Shown here in pieces: positions 17,682 through 26,697 of a DNA stretch of 31,035 nt. This stretch comes from Pseudomonadota bacterium. Its GTDB lineage: Bacteria; UBA10199; 2-02-FULL-44-16; JAAZCA01. The notes under the pieces are model-generated. The model saw only the letters and a program-made list of their open reading frames with translations. It did not search any database and was not told where the DNA came from. Position 1 is the stretch's first letter. Each line of letters begins with the position of its first letter. A program made the translations under genes and the position numbers. The DNA lies in contig JBDRBN010000123.1 in the NCBI GenBank assembly GCA_043822785.1, forward strand, positions 1 through 31,035. Reading direction: 5' to 3'.

Positions 17682-18581
17682 TCAAAACAGATCATCCTCT
17701 TGTTTCATCAATATCTTTGCCCTTCTTTGCGCGAGCTCATTTGCAAGTCTTTGCTCTTGTAGAGCGCCAGCATTTGCATTCATAACCTGCGTTAACTCTT
17801 CTCTAAAGAGCGGTTTGTCATTCGTTTGCCTTGCGTAATATTGAGCATATAATACTTTGGTCATTAGATAATCCGGCGCTGTTTCCATGGCTTTGCGCAG
17901 CTCTTTGTTTGCAAGCTCAGGGTCTCCACCTAGCATCTTAGGCCGCGTGGCAGCCATAAGCCCCCGAAGGGCATGAGCAGATCCATAATAATAATCAGGA
18001 TCAAGTTCAAGCACGCGCTCTGCCATGGCTACAACCTTTGGGGCGTTAACGACTGCTGCAGGGTCATCGCGATTTAAATTCATCCAGTTTGCCCAATTAA
18101 ACGCAGTCCAGAAAAGTGCGGGCACATATTTTTTTCCAAGGCCATCTATAGCTTTTTTAAACTCAGGGAAAGGAGCCTTGAACGCATCGTGCATTCCGGA
18201 TTTGGTGAGGAGCGCTGCAATGCCAAACTCTTTACCTCGTCTATAAAACAGTTCTGCTCGCTCCCTTGCCTGAATGTGCATGGCGGAACCCTGGGGAAGC
18301 ACGAGCAGATCTTCTTCAATGAAGCCAAATGTGTAAGTGCCATATGCTTTGGAGAGAAGAACGAGCGTGCGCAAATCCCTTATGTCGCCATAGCGTAAAA
18401 CCTCGAGTGTTTTGATCAGAGAGGGAAGAGACTCTCTGGCAAAGTCCACATCCTGCTCAGATTCTATTGCTACCATGCCATCGGTGGATACAGCTCCGAT
18501 CACCTTTGTGGCCATCTTCTTTGCTCCGCAGCTACATTGAAGGAGTAGAATAAAAGAGAGTGCGATCGAAATTTTCTTCAT
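17682..18581 (-). CDS. tatT: TRAP transporter T-component lipoprotein (TatT) of a TPAT system
   Basis: Lipoprotein signal; E.D...A..S.P, LFW.A..W, RP.MLGG and NELAQRRA motifs; first gene of the P-Q-M operon. Confidence 0.88.
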   Translation of the reverse strand: MKKISIALSFILLLQCSCGAKKMATKVIGAVSTDGMVAIESEQDVDFARESLPSLIKTLEVLRYGDIRDLRTLVLLSKAYGTYTFGFIEEDLLVLPQGSAMHIQARERAELFYRRGKEFGIAALLTKSGMHDAFKAPFPEFKKAIDGLGKKYVPALFWTAFNWANWMNLNRDDPAAVVNAPKVVAMAERVLELDPDYYYGSAHALRGLMAATRPKMLGGDPELANKELRKAMETAPDYLMTKVLYAQYYARQTNDKPLFREELTQVMNANAGALQEQRLANELAQRRAKILMKQEDDLF

Positions 18582-18609
18582 AGAGATGTGCTCCATCCAG
18601 TGTGCTCAT

Positions 18610-18657
18610 GAGATCCTTCGACTCCCGAGCACTCAAGTGCTCGGTCGCTCAGGATGA
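18610..18657. repeat. Second REP-like family (GAGATCCTTCGACTC...CTCAGGATGA) with CCGAGCACT palindromic insert
   Basis: Reverse complement of the element at 25093-25152; adjacent hairpin at 18656-18685. Confidence 0.85.
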
Positions 18658-18752
18658 ACGGTTTGGGAAGTCTCCCAAACCGCTCAACTAACAGTTGGGA
18701 GATTGAAAATCAACAGCAAGAATGGCAAGTTATGACGCGGTGAGTTAAATTT

Positions 18753-18829
18753 AGTGACCAGTAACCAGTAACTAGTGACCAGCGACGGGAAACAGGAAGC
18801 CCATACGTTACCAGGCATTACTGGTCACT
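18753..18829. repeat. AGTGACC heptamer tandem array plus inverted copy
   Basis: agtgacc agtaacc agtaact agtgacc agcgac ... ttactggtcact (overlaps the DUF116 stop). Confidence 0.8.
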
Positions 18830-19630
18830 GTTTGTTGGTTTTCCTACAAAAAATTCAATTGCCTCTACGAGTTCGGACATATCTATATATGTATTCTTAC
18901 AAGGGCCCTCTGGCCTTTGGTTGGGGATTCCAATAACAAAGAATTTTGTGCCCACGTCCCTTATGCCGCTCACCAGATCGCGTTCGCATGCAACGCCTAT
19001 CACTGCAGTGGGTTTTGTCTCTTTTACCTTTTTGCGCGCGAGCTCCCCGCCTGAAACGGTGTGAATCGTTATGGGATAGATTTCTTTTAATGCATTGATC
19101 TCTTTTAGTTGCTCCTTTGTGAGACATCTGGGCAGAAGCAGTAAAAGATTTTCTTTTTTCCCCTGCGGCTTTAACGCGCGGGATATATTATTCGACACCA
19201 TCACAAAAGAATGCCCGACCCGATCACGCGACACTCCAAAAACGTCTGCTATTCTAAAAACACCTGCAAAGGTCAGCTCAAAGAGCGGGCCTAGTTTTGC
19301 AGGTGAGAAGAGGAGCTTCTGTTTTGTAAAAACAGTGAGGGTGAATTGCACAAACCATACGATACTGATAGCAATTATCAGAAATGCAAAACCCCAGGCA
19401 AAAAATGGAAGGCCTTCATACCATGTGGCAAGTCTGGGTGTTGTGAGATAAACGAACGCGCAGATTGTGGTGTTTATTATGACAGTCACCAAAAGGGCGA
19501 AGGAGATAAAAAGCCCAGGACCTTGCCTTATCGGCTTTTCATCTCTTCCATTCCACTCTAGCCACTCATCACCGAGATTGCGGTCGTCTGGCGCGTTGGA
19601 ATCTCCTTGGTATTGTTTGAAGTGACTCAT
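18818..19630 (-). CDS. DUF116-domain membrane protein
   Basis: LLLLPRCL, GG.LARK, IGVACERDL..G and PEGPC.NT motifs; two N-terminal TM helices. Confidence 0.88.
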   Translation of the reverse strand: MSHFKQYQGDSNAPDDRNLGDEWLEWNGRDEKPIRQGPGLFISFALLVTVIINTTICAFVYLTTPRLATWYEGLPFFAWGFAFLIIAISIVWFVQFTLTVFTKQKLLFSPAKLGPLFELTFAGVFRIADVFGVSRDRVGHSFVMVSNNISRALKPQGKKENLLLLLPRCLTKEQLKEINALKEIYPITIHTVSGGELARKKVKETKPTAVIGVACERDLVSGIRDVGTKFFVIGIPNQRPEGPCKNTYIDMSELVEAIEFFVGKPTNSDQ

Positions 19631-19926
19631 AATTTTCGTATGTTGTATTTCGTAACTCGTACTTCGTGAATCGTGCCCGCTTCCGCTTTCGCGCCCGATC
19701 GTTTATTTGTAATAATTTCACAACAACGGCAATGGCAGATACATTTATAAGGGCATTACGCGTCGTCGATAACAGCAAAATCTCATGAAAGCTCGATTAC
19801 ACAATCAATAACGATTTAGGTTAAGTTCATATAGCAAAAAAAGTGCAAAAACTTAAAGGTCCCTATATCTGCAATTTATCGATCCAATCAAGTTAAAACA
19901 CTAAACACGATTTTTTTGGTTTGACA

Positions 19927-19975
19927 CCACAATATATAGTGGCTTAAGAACTTAATCAAACACAACATGTTGTGG
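19927..19975 (+). promoter_or_regulatory. Tandem NrdR boxes
   Basis: ccacaatatatagtgg (19927-42) and acacaacatgttgtgg (19960-75) match acaCwAtATaTwGtgt; adjacent TTGACA at 19921; upstream of an RNR gene. Confidence 0.9.
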
Positions 19976-19991
19976 ATAAATCGGTGGATAA
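19971..19991 (-). promoter_or_regulatory. Two DnaA boxes (TTATCCACA exact; TTATCCACC one mismatch)
   Basis: tgtggataa at 19971-79 and ggtggataa at 19983-91. Confidence 0.6.
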
Positions 19992-20092
19992 GTGGTGTAA
20001 AACTTGACAACCATTTGAAATTACTAGCTTTATTTGTATTCCAGCCTGCTGGTTACGGGTCACTAATCACTGATTATTTAATTGGAGGATAG

Positions 20093-23000
20093 ATGGTCAC
20101 CAAAGCCTATGCTCGCGCTACGAAGTCCACTCAAAAAAATACTAAATCTCGTCTTTCATCTAAGGCAGTGGGCTTAAGCGTTTTGCGGCGTTTTGCCAAG
20201 GTAGGCAAAGACCCCCTCGATGTACTCAAATATATCAAACGCGATAGCCTGATAACTAATCCGGACGGCTCTTTGGTGTTTCGCATGGAAGGATCAGAAG
20301 TGCCAGAGAGCTGGTCTCAGCTGGCTACCGATATACTCGTATCAAAGTATTTTAGAAAACGCGGCGTGCCTGGTGTGGGGTACGAGACCTCTGCAAAACA
20401 GGTAGTGCACAGGATAGTGAGCGCTATTGCTGATGCGGGGTTAAACGCTGGCGGGTATTTTGCTACTAAAGAAGATGCAGCTGCTTTTAAAGACGAGCTT
20501 TCCTATATGCTCATCAATCAGGTGGGCGCATTTAACTCGCCGGTGTGGTTTAACTGCGGATTGTATCATTCATATGGAATACAAGGAAGCGGCGGCAACT
20601 GGTGTTTTGATTCTGAGACCAACGAATACAAGAAAACGCCCAATTCATATGAAAGGCCTCAGTGCTCTGCCTGCTTTATACAATCGGTTTCAGATGACCT
20701 CATGTCCATATTCGAACTTGCCAAGAACGAGGCCAAACTTTTTAAGTTTGGATCTGGCACTGGCACAAACTTCTCTTCGCTTCGCTCCAAATACGAACGC
20801 CTTTCTGGCGGCGGCACAAGCTCTGGGCTCATGAGCTTCCTCGAGGTGCTTGATAGAGGCGCAGGAGCTACAAAGTCTGGCGGCACAACAAGGCGCGCTG
20901 CAAAGATGGTGTGTCTGGATGCTGATCATCCAGAGATCATGGATTTCATAGACTGGAAGATGAACGAAGAAAAAAAAGTCGGCGCACTCATAGATGCGGG
21001 TTATCCAGCTGATTTTAACGGAGAAGCATACAAAACTGTATCCGGCCAAAATTCCAATAACTCTGTGCGCGTGAGCGACGAATTCATGTATGCGTATCTC
21101 AACGACGAGCCATGGGAGACAAAGCTGCGTACAACAGGAGAGATTCACGAAAAAATCCCTGCGCGCTATCTTATGCACAAAATATCTGAGGCCACGTGGG
21201 CGTGTGCTGATCCGGGCCTTCAGTTCGACTCCACCATAAACAAGTGGCATACGAGCAAGGAATCAGGCCGCATCAATTCCTCCAACCCCTGCTCTGAATA
21301 CATGTTTTTAGATAACAGCGCATGCAACCTTGCATCCATCAACCTCATGAAGTTTTATGATGAAGCCACAGGCACGTTTGACGTTGATGGCTTCAGGCAT
21401 GCCTGCCGCATATTCATAATCGCTCAGGAGATCTTGGTGGACTTCTCCTCCTATCCTACCGAGGCCATAACCAAGAACAGCCATCTGTTTAGGCCCCTGG
21501 GTCTTGGCTATGCCAACCTGGGCACGTTACTTATGGTAAATGGAATTCCCTATGATTCGGATGAAGGCAGGACTTTGTGCGCTGCGATTACAGCGATCAT
21601 GCATGGTGCTGCATATCGTGCATCTGCTGAGATTGCATCCCAGATAGGCGCATTTGACGAATATGCAAAGAATCGCGAGTCCATGATGAACGTAATCCGC
21701 ATGCATCGCGATGCTGCCTATGAAATTCCCCAAGGTCACTGCCCAGCATATCTAACAAAAGCTGCGCGCGACGAGTGGGATAGATGCCTTGCCGAGGGAG
21801 AAAGATCAGGTTTTCGCAACGCACAGGTCACGGTGCTGGCTCCTACTGGCACGATCGGGCTTCTTATGGATTGCGACACCACTGGCATTGAACCTGACTT
21901 TGCGCTGGTAAAGTTCAAAAAGCTCGCTGGGGGAGGATATTTCAAAATAGTAAACCGGTCTGTGCCGATGGCGCTTCGCAACATGGGTTATAGGCAAGAG
22001 CAGATAGACGACATCATCACCTACATGCAGGGCACAAGCAAATTGGCAGGCGCGCCGCACATCAACGACAAGAGTTTGCGTGACAAGGGCTTTAACGATG
22101 AAGACCTTGCCCGGGTAGAACGCGCTCTGCCAGGCATCTTCAACCTGTCTTATGCGTTCAACTCATACACGCTTGGTAAAGAAGCCATGGCCCGCTTTGG
22201 GCTTACAGAAGAGCAGTACATGGCGCCTGATTTTAATCTTCTCAAGTCGCTCGGTTTTTCAGATGCACAAATAGAGGATGCAGGCCAACTCATATGCGGA
22301 AGGCTCACCATAGAGGGCGCGCCGCATCTTAAGCCAGAGCATTTGCCTGTGTTTGACTGTGCAAACAAGTGCGGTTCCTATGGCACCAGATATATTGCGC
22401 CGCTTGCGCATATAAAGATGATGTCTGTGGCACAGAAGTTTTTGTCCGGCGCCATATCAAAGACCATAAACCTTCCTAATGAAACCACAAAGGAAGAAAT
22501 AGAAAAGCTCTATGTCGAAGCGTGGAGAGAGGGGCTTAAGGCAGTTGCCCTGTACAGAGACGGTTCAAAGATGGCCCAACCACTTTCTGCCACTGCCCGC
22601 GAGGTTAAAAAAAAACTGGATTCAAGGGATTCAGAGGCTGGGCTCGCTGCGGAAGAGATCCATACACAGATCCAACCTGTTCTTAAGAGGAGCCGTCTTC
22701 CCAAAAAGCGCCGCGGCTTCACGCAAGAGGCCAGGGTTGGAGGCCATAAGGTCTATTTGCGCACTGGCGAGTACGAGGATGGAACGCTTGGCGAGGTGTT
22801 CATAGACATGCACAAAGAAGGTGCGGCATTTCGCAGCATGATGAACTGTTTTGCCATTGCCTTGTCGCTTGGCCTCCAGTATGGCGTGCCGCTTGAGGAA
22901 TATGTAGACTGCTTTACGTTTACCCGCTTTGAACCCCAGGGCGTATGCGATCATCCAAACATCAAGATAGCCACTTCTGTGATTGACTATGTGTTCCGCG

Positions 23001-23422
23001 TTCTGGGAATGGAATATATGGGCCGTACTGATTTTGTTCAGGTAAAGCCCACAAAAGATGATGACCTCAAGATGGAGCTGGAATCGAGCACTGCCCTAAA
23101 CCGCACAGATGCAGCTCTCCTCAAGACAAATAAAATGCTAAAGGCTGATATGGTAGATAAAAGAGATGAGAGCGCGCTGCTTATTGCAAAAGTTTCCCAG
23201 CCAAAGGCACAGACAACGGGTGATGGAATGCAAGAGGCAGACGTTGCAGCAGGGGTTGTTGTAAACATAGCCAATGCCAAGCGCACAGCATCTGATGTAG
23301 CTTCACAGCTTACTGGAATGATGGGCGATGCTCCGTTTTGTGATCAGTGCGGACATGTTACAGTGCGCAACGGCGCGTGTTACAGGTGTCTTAACTGTGG
23401 GAATTCGATGGGATGTTCATAA
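20093..23422 (+). CDS. nrdJ: Class II adenosylcobalamin-dependent ribonucleotide reductase with TSCPD domain and C-terminal Zn ribbon
   Basis: FNSPVWFN, QCSACFI, NPCSE, APTGTI, SGAISKT.N motifs and terminal CxxC...CxxC-GCS. Confidence 0.98.
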   Translation: MVTKAYARATKSTQKNTKSRLSSKAVGLSVLRRFAKVGKDPLDVLKYIKRDSLITNPDGSLVFRMEGSEVPESWSQLATDILVSKYFRKRGVPGVGYETSAKQVVHRIVSAIADAGLNAGGYFATKEDAAAFKDELSYMLINQVGAFNSPVWFNCGLYHSYGIQGSGGNWCFDSETNEYKKTPNSYERPQCSACFIQSVSDDLMSIFELAKNEAKLFKFGSGTGTNFSSLRSKYERLSGGGTSSGLMSFLEVLDRGAGATKSGGTTRRAAKMVCLDADHPEIMDFIDWKMNEEKKVGALIDAGYPADFNGEAYKTVSGQNSNNSVRVSDEFMYAYLNDEPWETKLRTTGEIHEKIPARYLMHKISEATWACADPGLQFDSTINKWHTSKESGRINSSNPCSEYMFLDNSACNLASINLMKFYDEATGTFDVDGFRHACRIFIIAQEILVDFSSYPTEAITKNSHLFRPLGLGYANLGTLLMVNGIPYDSDEGRTLCAAITAIMHGAAYRASAEIASQIGAFDEYAKNRESMMNVIRMHRDAAYEIPQGHCPAYLTKAARDEWDRCLAEGERSGFRNAQVTVLAPTGTIGLLMDCDTTGIEPDFALVKFKKLAGGGYFKIVNRSVPMALRNMGYRQEQIDDIITYMQGTSKLAGAPHINDKSLRDKGFNDEDLARVERALPGIFNLSYAFNSYTLGKEAMARFGLTEEQYMAPDFNLLKSLGFSDAQIEDAGQLICGRLTIEGAPHLKPEHLPVFDCANKCGSYGTRYIAPLAHIKMMSVAQKFLSGAISKTINLPNETTKEEIEKLYVEAWREGLKAVALYRDGSKMAQPLSATAREVKKKLDSRDSEAGLAAEEIHTQIQPVLKRSRLPKKRRGFTQEARVGGHKVYLRTGEYEDGTLGEVFIDMHKEGAAFRSMMNCFAIALSLGLQYGVPLEEYVDCFTFTRFEPQGVCDHPNIKIATSVIDYVFRVLGMEYMGRTDFVQVKPTKDDDLKMELESSTALNRTDAALLKTNKMLKADMVDKRDESALLIAKVSQPKAQTTGDGMQEADVAAGVVVNIANAKRTASDVASQLTGMMGDAPFCDQCGHVTVRNGACYRCLNCGNSMGCS

Positions 23423-23424
23423 AC

Positions 23425-23498
23425 GCAAGTAACGCGAGAAACGTGAGACAGGCGAGAAACGTAACAGTCATTGCGAGGGCAAAGCCCGAAGCAATCTC
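23425..23498. repeat. 9-mer array followed by a half REP-like element
   Basis: gcaagtaac gcgagaaac gtgagacag gcgagaaac, then gtcattgcgagggcaaagcccgaagcaatctc. Confidence 0.8.
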
Positions 23499-23520
23499 CT
23501 GAAACACTGCGGACCTCCAC

Positions 23521-24306
23521 ATGAAAAAAGATAAATTCATTACCGAACCCCATGTGTATCTAGTTGGGAGGCAGCAGGTTGATAAGAACATGCTGTCCGC
23601 TTTTTTAGACGACGAGGGCCTTCATTTTGAAACAGATACCGATGTTCCGGCAGAGGTGCTAGCAGAAACAGCAGGCAGAACCTGCTACATGTCGTTTGGC
23701 AAGGGCCGCAAGACAAACGCAGATTATCTGGAAAGGATCATATCCAGCCACCATGGTTCTGTGCTCGAGCACGCGGTATGGAATTTTTTAGTAACAGGCA
23801 TAAGCCGTTCGCTCACACACGAGCTCATCAGGCACAGGGCCGGCTTCGGTTTTTCGCAGGCAAGTCAACGTTATATTGATGAATCCGAGGCCTGCTATGT
23901 GGTGCCACCGTTTTATAGGGATAAGCCAGAACTTTTAGAACAATGGAAAAGAGCGGTGGAAGTTGCACACAAGGCATATATGGACCTTGCCGATGCATCT
24001 GATCCATATGTTGAAAAAGAGCACCCAGAGCTTGCTCGCACCGATAGAAGAAAGATCGTAAGGCAATCTGCGCGCTCGGTTCTGCCCAACGCCTGCGAGA
24101 CAAAGATCTTTATATCCGCAAACGCCAGGGCGCTTCGCCATTTTTTTGAAATGCGCGGCTCAGTTCATGCAGATGCAGAGATCCGCGAGCTCGCAGTGGC
24201 CATGTTTCGCATCATGAAAGAAGAGGCCCCCAACATCTTTGCAGATCTTGAGATCATGCTCGAGGACGGAATCGAGACTGTTTTCGTCAAACATTCAAAG
24301 GTCTGA
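23521..24306 (+). CDS. thyX: Flavin-dependent thymidylate synthase
   Basis: GRTCYMS, HGSVLEH, RHRxxxxxSQxSQRY and HADAEIR motifs. Confidence 0.97.
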   Translation: MKKDKFITEPHVYLVGRQQVDKNMLSAFLDDEGLHFETDTDVPAEVLAETAGRTCYMSFGKGRKTNADYLERIISSHHGSVLEHAVWNFLVTGISRSLTHELIRHRAGFGFSQASQRYIDESEACYVVPPFYRDKPELLEQWKRAVEVAHKAYMDLADASDPYVEKEHPELARTDRRKIVRQSARSVLPNACETKIFISANARALRHFFEMRGSVHADAEIRELAVAMFRIMKEEAPNIFADLEIMLEDGIETVFVKHSKV

Positions 24307-24308
24307 AC

Positions 24309-25007
24309 TCACCCAGCGCATGTGCATTTGCGCGTGCTGGGATCTTCGCAATCATCTTCGAGCGTCTTTATAATTTTTGCTGTAGCGCGCTTTTTTAGAT
24401 AGCGCTGGGCATACACAGCCACAAAGAAGCATACGCCTGCATTGGCAAAGCCTGCCACCACATCAGCGATATAATGCTGTTTTACCAAAACCACTGACAC
24501 AGCAACAACCACAGCCATGGCAGCAAATACCCAGCGCACGGTCTTATGATTTTTCCAGGCAACTAAAGCTGCAAGGGCTGGATATGTTACATGCAAAGAC
24601 GGAAACAGGTTGTAGGGCGCGTCGATGTAGTAATAGAAGCGCGTCACAGCAAGCGGTATTGATGAGTCGGCATATACGTAGAGATCCGGCCTTAAGTCCA
24701 TGCGTACCGGAAAGATTAGAAAAACTATATAAGCCAAGGTTGTCGATGTTAAGAAAGTGATCACTCCTTGCTGCCAATCGTTAATATCGTCGATGACCAC
24801 ATAGAACAGAATTACGCTCAGATAGACCAAAAGATATCCGAAAATGAATATGGGCATGAACGGGATCTGGTTTTCAAATCCAAAGCCGACATTATAAAAA
24901 TTTGTTCTAGCCTGTGAAAACCAGTTTATGGCTAGATATCCTGCAGTAAAATATCCGATCATGAATAAAAACCAGCTCAGTTTCTCGCGTTTTTCTGCTT
25001 TTGTCAT
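24309..25007 (-). CDS. PAP2-superfamily membrane phosphatase/phosphotransferase (AUR1-like)
   Basis: D.PYN.FPSLHV and QHY.ADV motifs; about six TM segments. Confidence 0.9.
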   Translation of the reverse strand: MTKAEKREKLSWFLFMIGYFTAGYLAINWFSQARTNFYNVGFGFENQIPFMPIFIFGYLLVYLSVILFYVVIDDINDWQQGVITFLTSTTLAYIVFLIFPVRMDLRPDLYVYADSSIPLAVTRFYYYIDAPYNLFPSLHVTYPALAALVAWKNHKTVRWVFAAMAVVVAVSVVLVKQHYIADVVAGFANAGVCFFVAVYAQRYLKKRATAKIIKTLEDDCEDPSTRKCTCAG

Positions 25008-25062
25008 AACAATTCCTCCTTTTGAGCGTGCGATAATACAGAATGAAAAGTTGATAGTAAAG

Positions 25063-25152
25063 TGACTAGTCGGGTAATTTTTGCCCGACTAGTCATCCTG
25101 AGCAAAGCCGAGCACTCAGCATGCCGAGTGCTCGGCGGAGTCGAAGGATCTC
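25063..25152. repeat. 12-bp hairpin fused to a REP-like element of the second family
   Basis: tgactagtcggg/cccgactagtca overlapping tcatcctgagc...gagtcgaaggatctc. Confidence 0.85.
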
Positions 25153-25242
25153 CGGAGACACTTGTTGAACGAAGTTCTTCGTTTTCGCTTGCTGCATGGA
25201 ATTGAATATGTTCAAAACGGATTTGTTCATATAGGAGGATTC

Positions 25243-25470
25243 ATGGATAAGACAGCTGTGGAAAAAATCATTGATGAGAGAATTAGGCCGAAATTGGCTG
25301 CAGATGGCGGGGGCATTGATCTGGTAGAGGTGCGCGATGACAATACCATAGTCGTAAAGCTCACAGGCGCGTGCGGTTGCTGTCCGTTTTCGCAGATGAC
25401 CCTCAAGGCCGGAGTCGAAGCAGAACTAAAAAGCGAGTTTCCAGAGATTAAAGAAGTGGTTACAGAGTGA
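25243..25470 (+). CDS. NifU/Nfu-like small Fe-S carrier protein
   Basis: AGGAGG RBS; IRP.LAADGG and GACGCCPFSQMTLK.G motifs. Confidence 0.93.
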   Translation: MDKTAVEKIIDERIRPKLAADGGGIDLVEVRDDNTIVVKLTGACGCCPFSQMTLKAGVEAELKSEFPEIKEVVTE

Positions 25471-26557
25471 GATGATCGCTTAGGCTGTTGATACCAACAG
25501 TGGAAATTTTTTTATCTAATGCATATGTTCCCTGTCCGGGAAATATTACCCAAAGGTGTTTTAGCGAGAGTTCTTCTATTGCTGAGAGCATGGACTTTGT
25601 GCGAGTAGGTGCTTCATTATATTTTATTTCCACACCCCACATCTTGCCATTTCTTTGGAAAACCAGATCGAGATCGGCGCCGGTGTGAACTCCCCAGAAA
25701 AAAACTTCATCTTCCTGCAGGGAAAGATGCTGTATAACTTGCTCTAAAGCAAATCCTTCCCATGAGGCCCCAAGCTTGGGATGTGTATGGAGCTGATCAA
25801 AATTGGCAACTCCTGTCAGATTATGAAAAATTCCAGAATCACGAAAGAATATTTTTGGCCTTTTGATAAGCCGTTTCTTTGTATTGTAATACCATGGCTG
25901 CAGTTGACGGATGAGATAGGTGCTGGCGAGTATATCCAGATAGCGCCGTACTGTTGTGTCAGCCGCACCAAAACTCTTTCCTAGCTCAGAGGCATTTAAA
26001 AGTTGTCCGTGGTAGTGGGACAACATAAGCCAGAAACGGTTGAGGGTCCTTGGCGGAATTTGTATTCCCAAATTCGGGATATCGCGTTCAAGATATGTTC
26101 GCACAAAGTTCTCACGCCATTCAAAGGATGCGGCTTCGCTGCGGGCAAGAAACGAGCGTGGAAAGCCACCCCGCATCCAAAGCTTTCTTGTTTCCTCTGG
26201 TTTGAGTATGTCGAGTGAGAAACCGCCCAGTTCCAAAAATGCAATGCGGCCGGCTAGTGTTTCTGAACTATGCTTCATCAAGCGCGGTGAAGCGCTTCCC
26301 AGAATAAGAAATCTCGCATCCCTTTTTTTGTCTGCCATGACCCGCAACACTGGAAAAAGTTCTGGCATGTGCTGAATCTCATCAATGACGATAAATCCGG
26401 TGAGGGGTTCAAGTGCCAAAGTTGGATTTTCTAGGCGTGCAAGATCCCGGGGATCTTCAAGGTCAAAAAAGTGCACGCTCGCTTTTGTTTGTGTTGCTGC
26501 AAACTGATGTGAGAGCGTGGTTTTGCCGCATTGCCTGGGACCCAGGATTGCAACCAC
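25460..26557 (-). CDS. AAA_14 + DUF4143 ATP-binding protein, apparently N-truncated
   Basis: GPRQCGKTT, IIDEIQ-like Walker B, ETLAGR, GGFP, K.PK..F.DSG and D.D...EIK motifs; in-frame stop at 26597-99 with no ATG in between. Confidence 0.88.
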   Translation of the reverse strand: MVAILGPRQCGKTTLSHQFAATQTKASVHFFDLEDPRDLARLENPTLALEPLTGFIVIDEIQHMPELFPVLRVMADKKRDARFLILGSASPRLMKHSSETLAGRIAFLELGGFSLDILKPEETRKLWMRGGFPRSFLARSEAASFEWRENFVRTYLERDIPNLGIQIPPRTLNRFWLMLSHYHGQLLNASELGKSFGAADTTVRRYLDILASTYLIRQLQPWYYNTKKRLIKRPKIFFRDSGIFHNLTGVANFDQLHTHPKLGASWEGFALEQVIQHLSLQEDEVFFWGVHTGADLDLVFQRNGKMWGVEIKYNEAPTRTKSMLSAIEELSLKHLWVIFPGQGTYALDKKISTVGINSLSDHLTL

Positions 26558-26574
26558 TGGAAAATCCTTGCCAA

Positions 26575-26676
26575 TTATATTTCGGATTCCCAGACTTCAA
26601 CACTAGGCTGTTTTAGTTTGCTTGCCCAAGCATCAAGCCGACGCATTGCTTCGCGGTAACATACGTCCTTTTTCTT
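26575..26676 (-). pseudogene. Remnant homologous to the 3' end of the 30100-30864 gene
   Basis: Reads KKKDVCYREAMRRLDAWASKLKQPSVEVWESEI*; 26611-26664 is 44/54 identical to 30103-30156. Confidence 0.8.
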
Positions 26677-26697
26677 GAATATATAACAGAGATAACA

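Noticed and set aside
19631..20092. Cobalamin riboswitch or oriC upstream of nrdJ
   Set aside because: No B12-box or conserved riboswitch core recognised; only two DnaA boxes and no dnaA/parAB context; NrdR boxes explain the region
20093..23422. Intein or intron in nrdJ
   Set aside because: Continuous ORF of typical long-NrdJ size with no splice-junction (C...HN) or LAGLIDADG motifs recognised
26575..26600. Vsr/DUF559 endonuclease remnant (VWESEI resembles the family's C-terminal motif)
   Set aside because: Only six residues of resemblance; the upstream sequence lacks other family motifs
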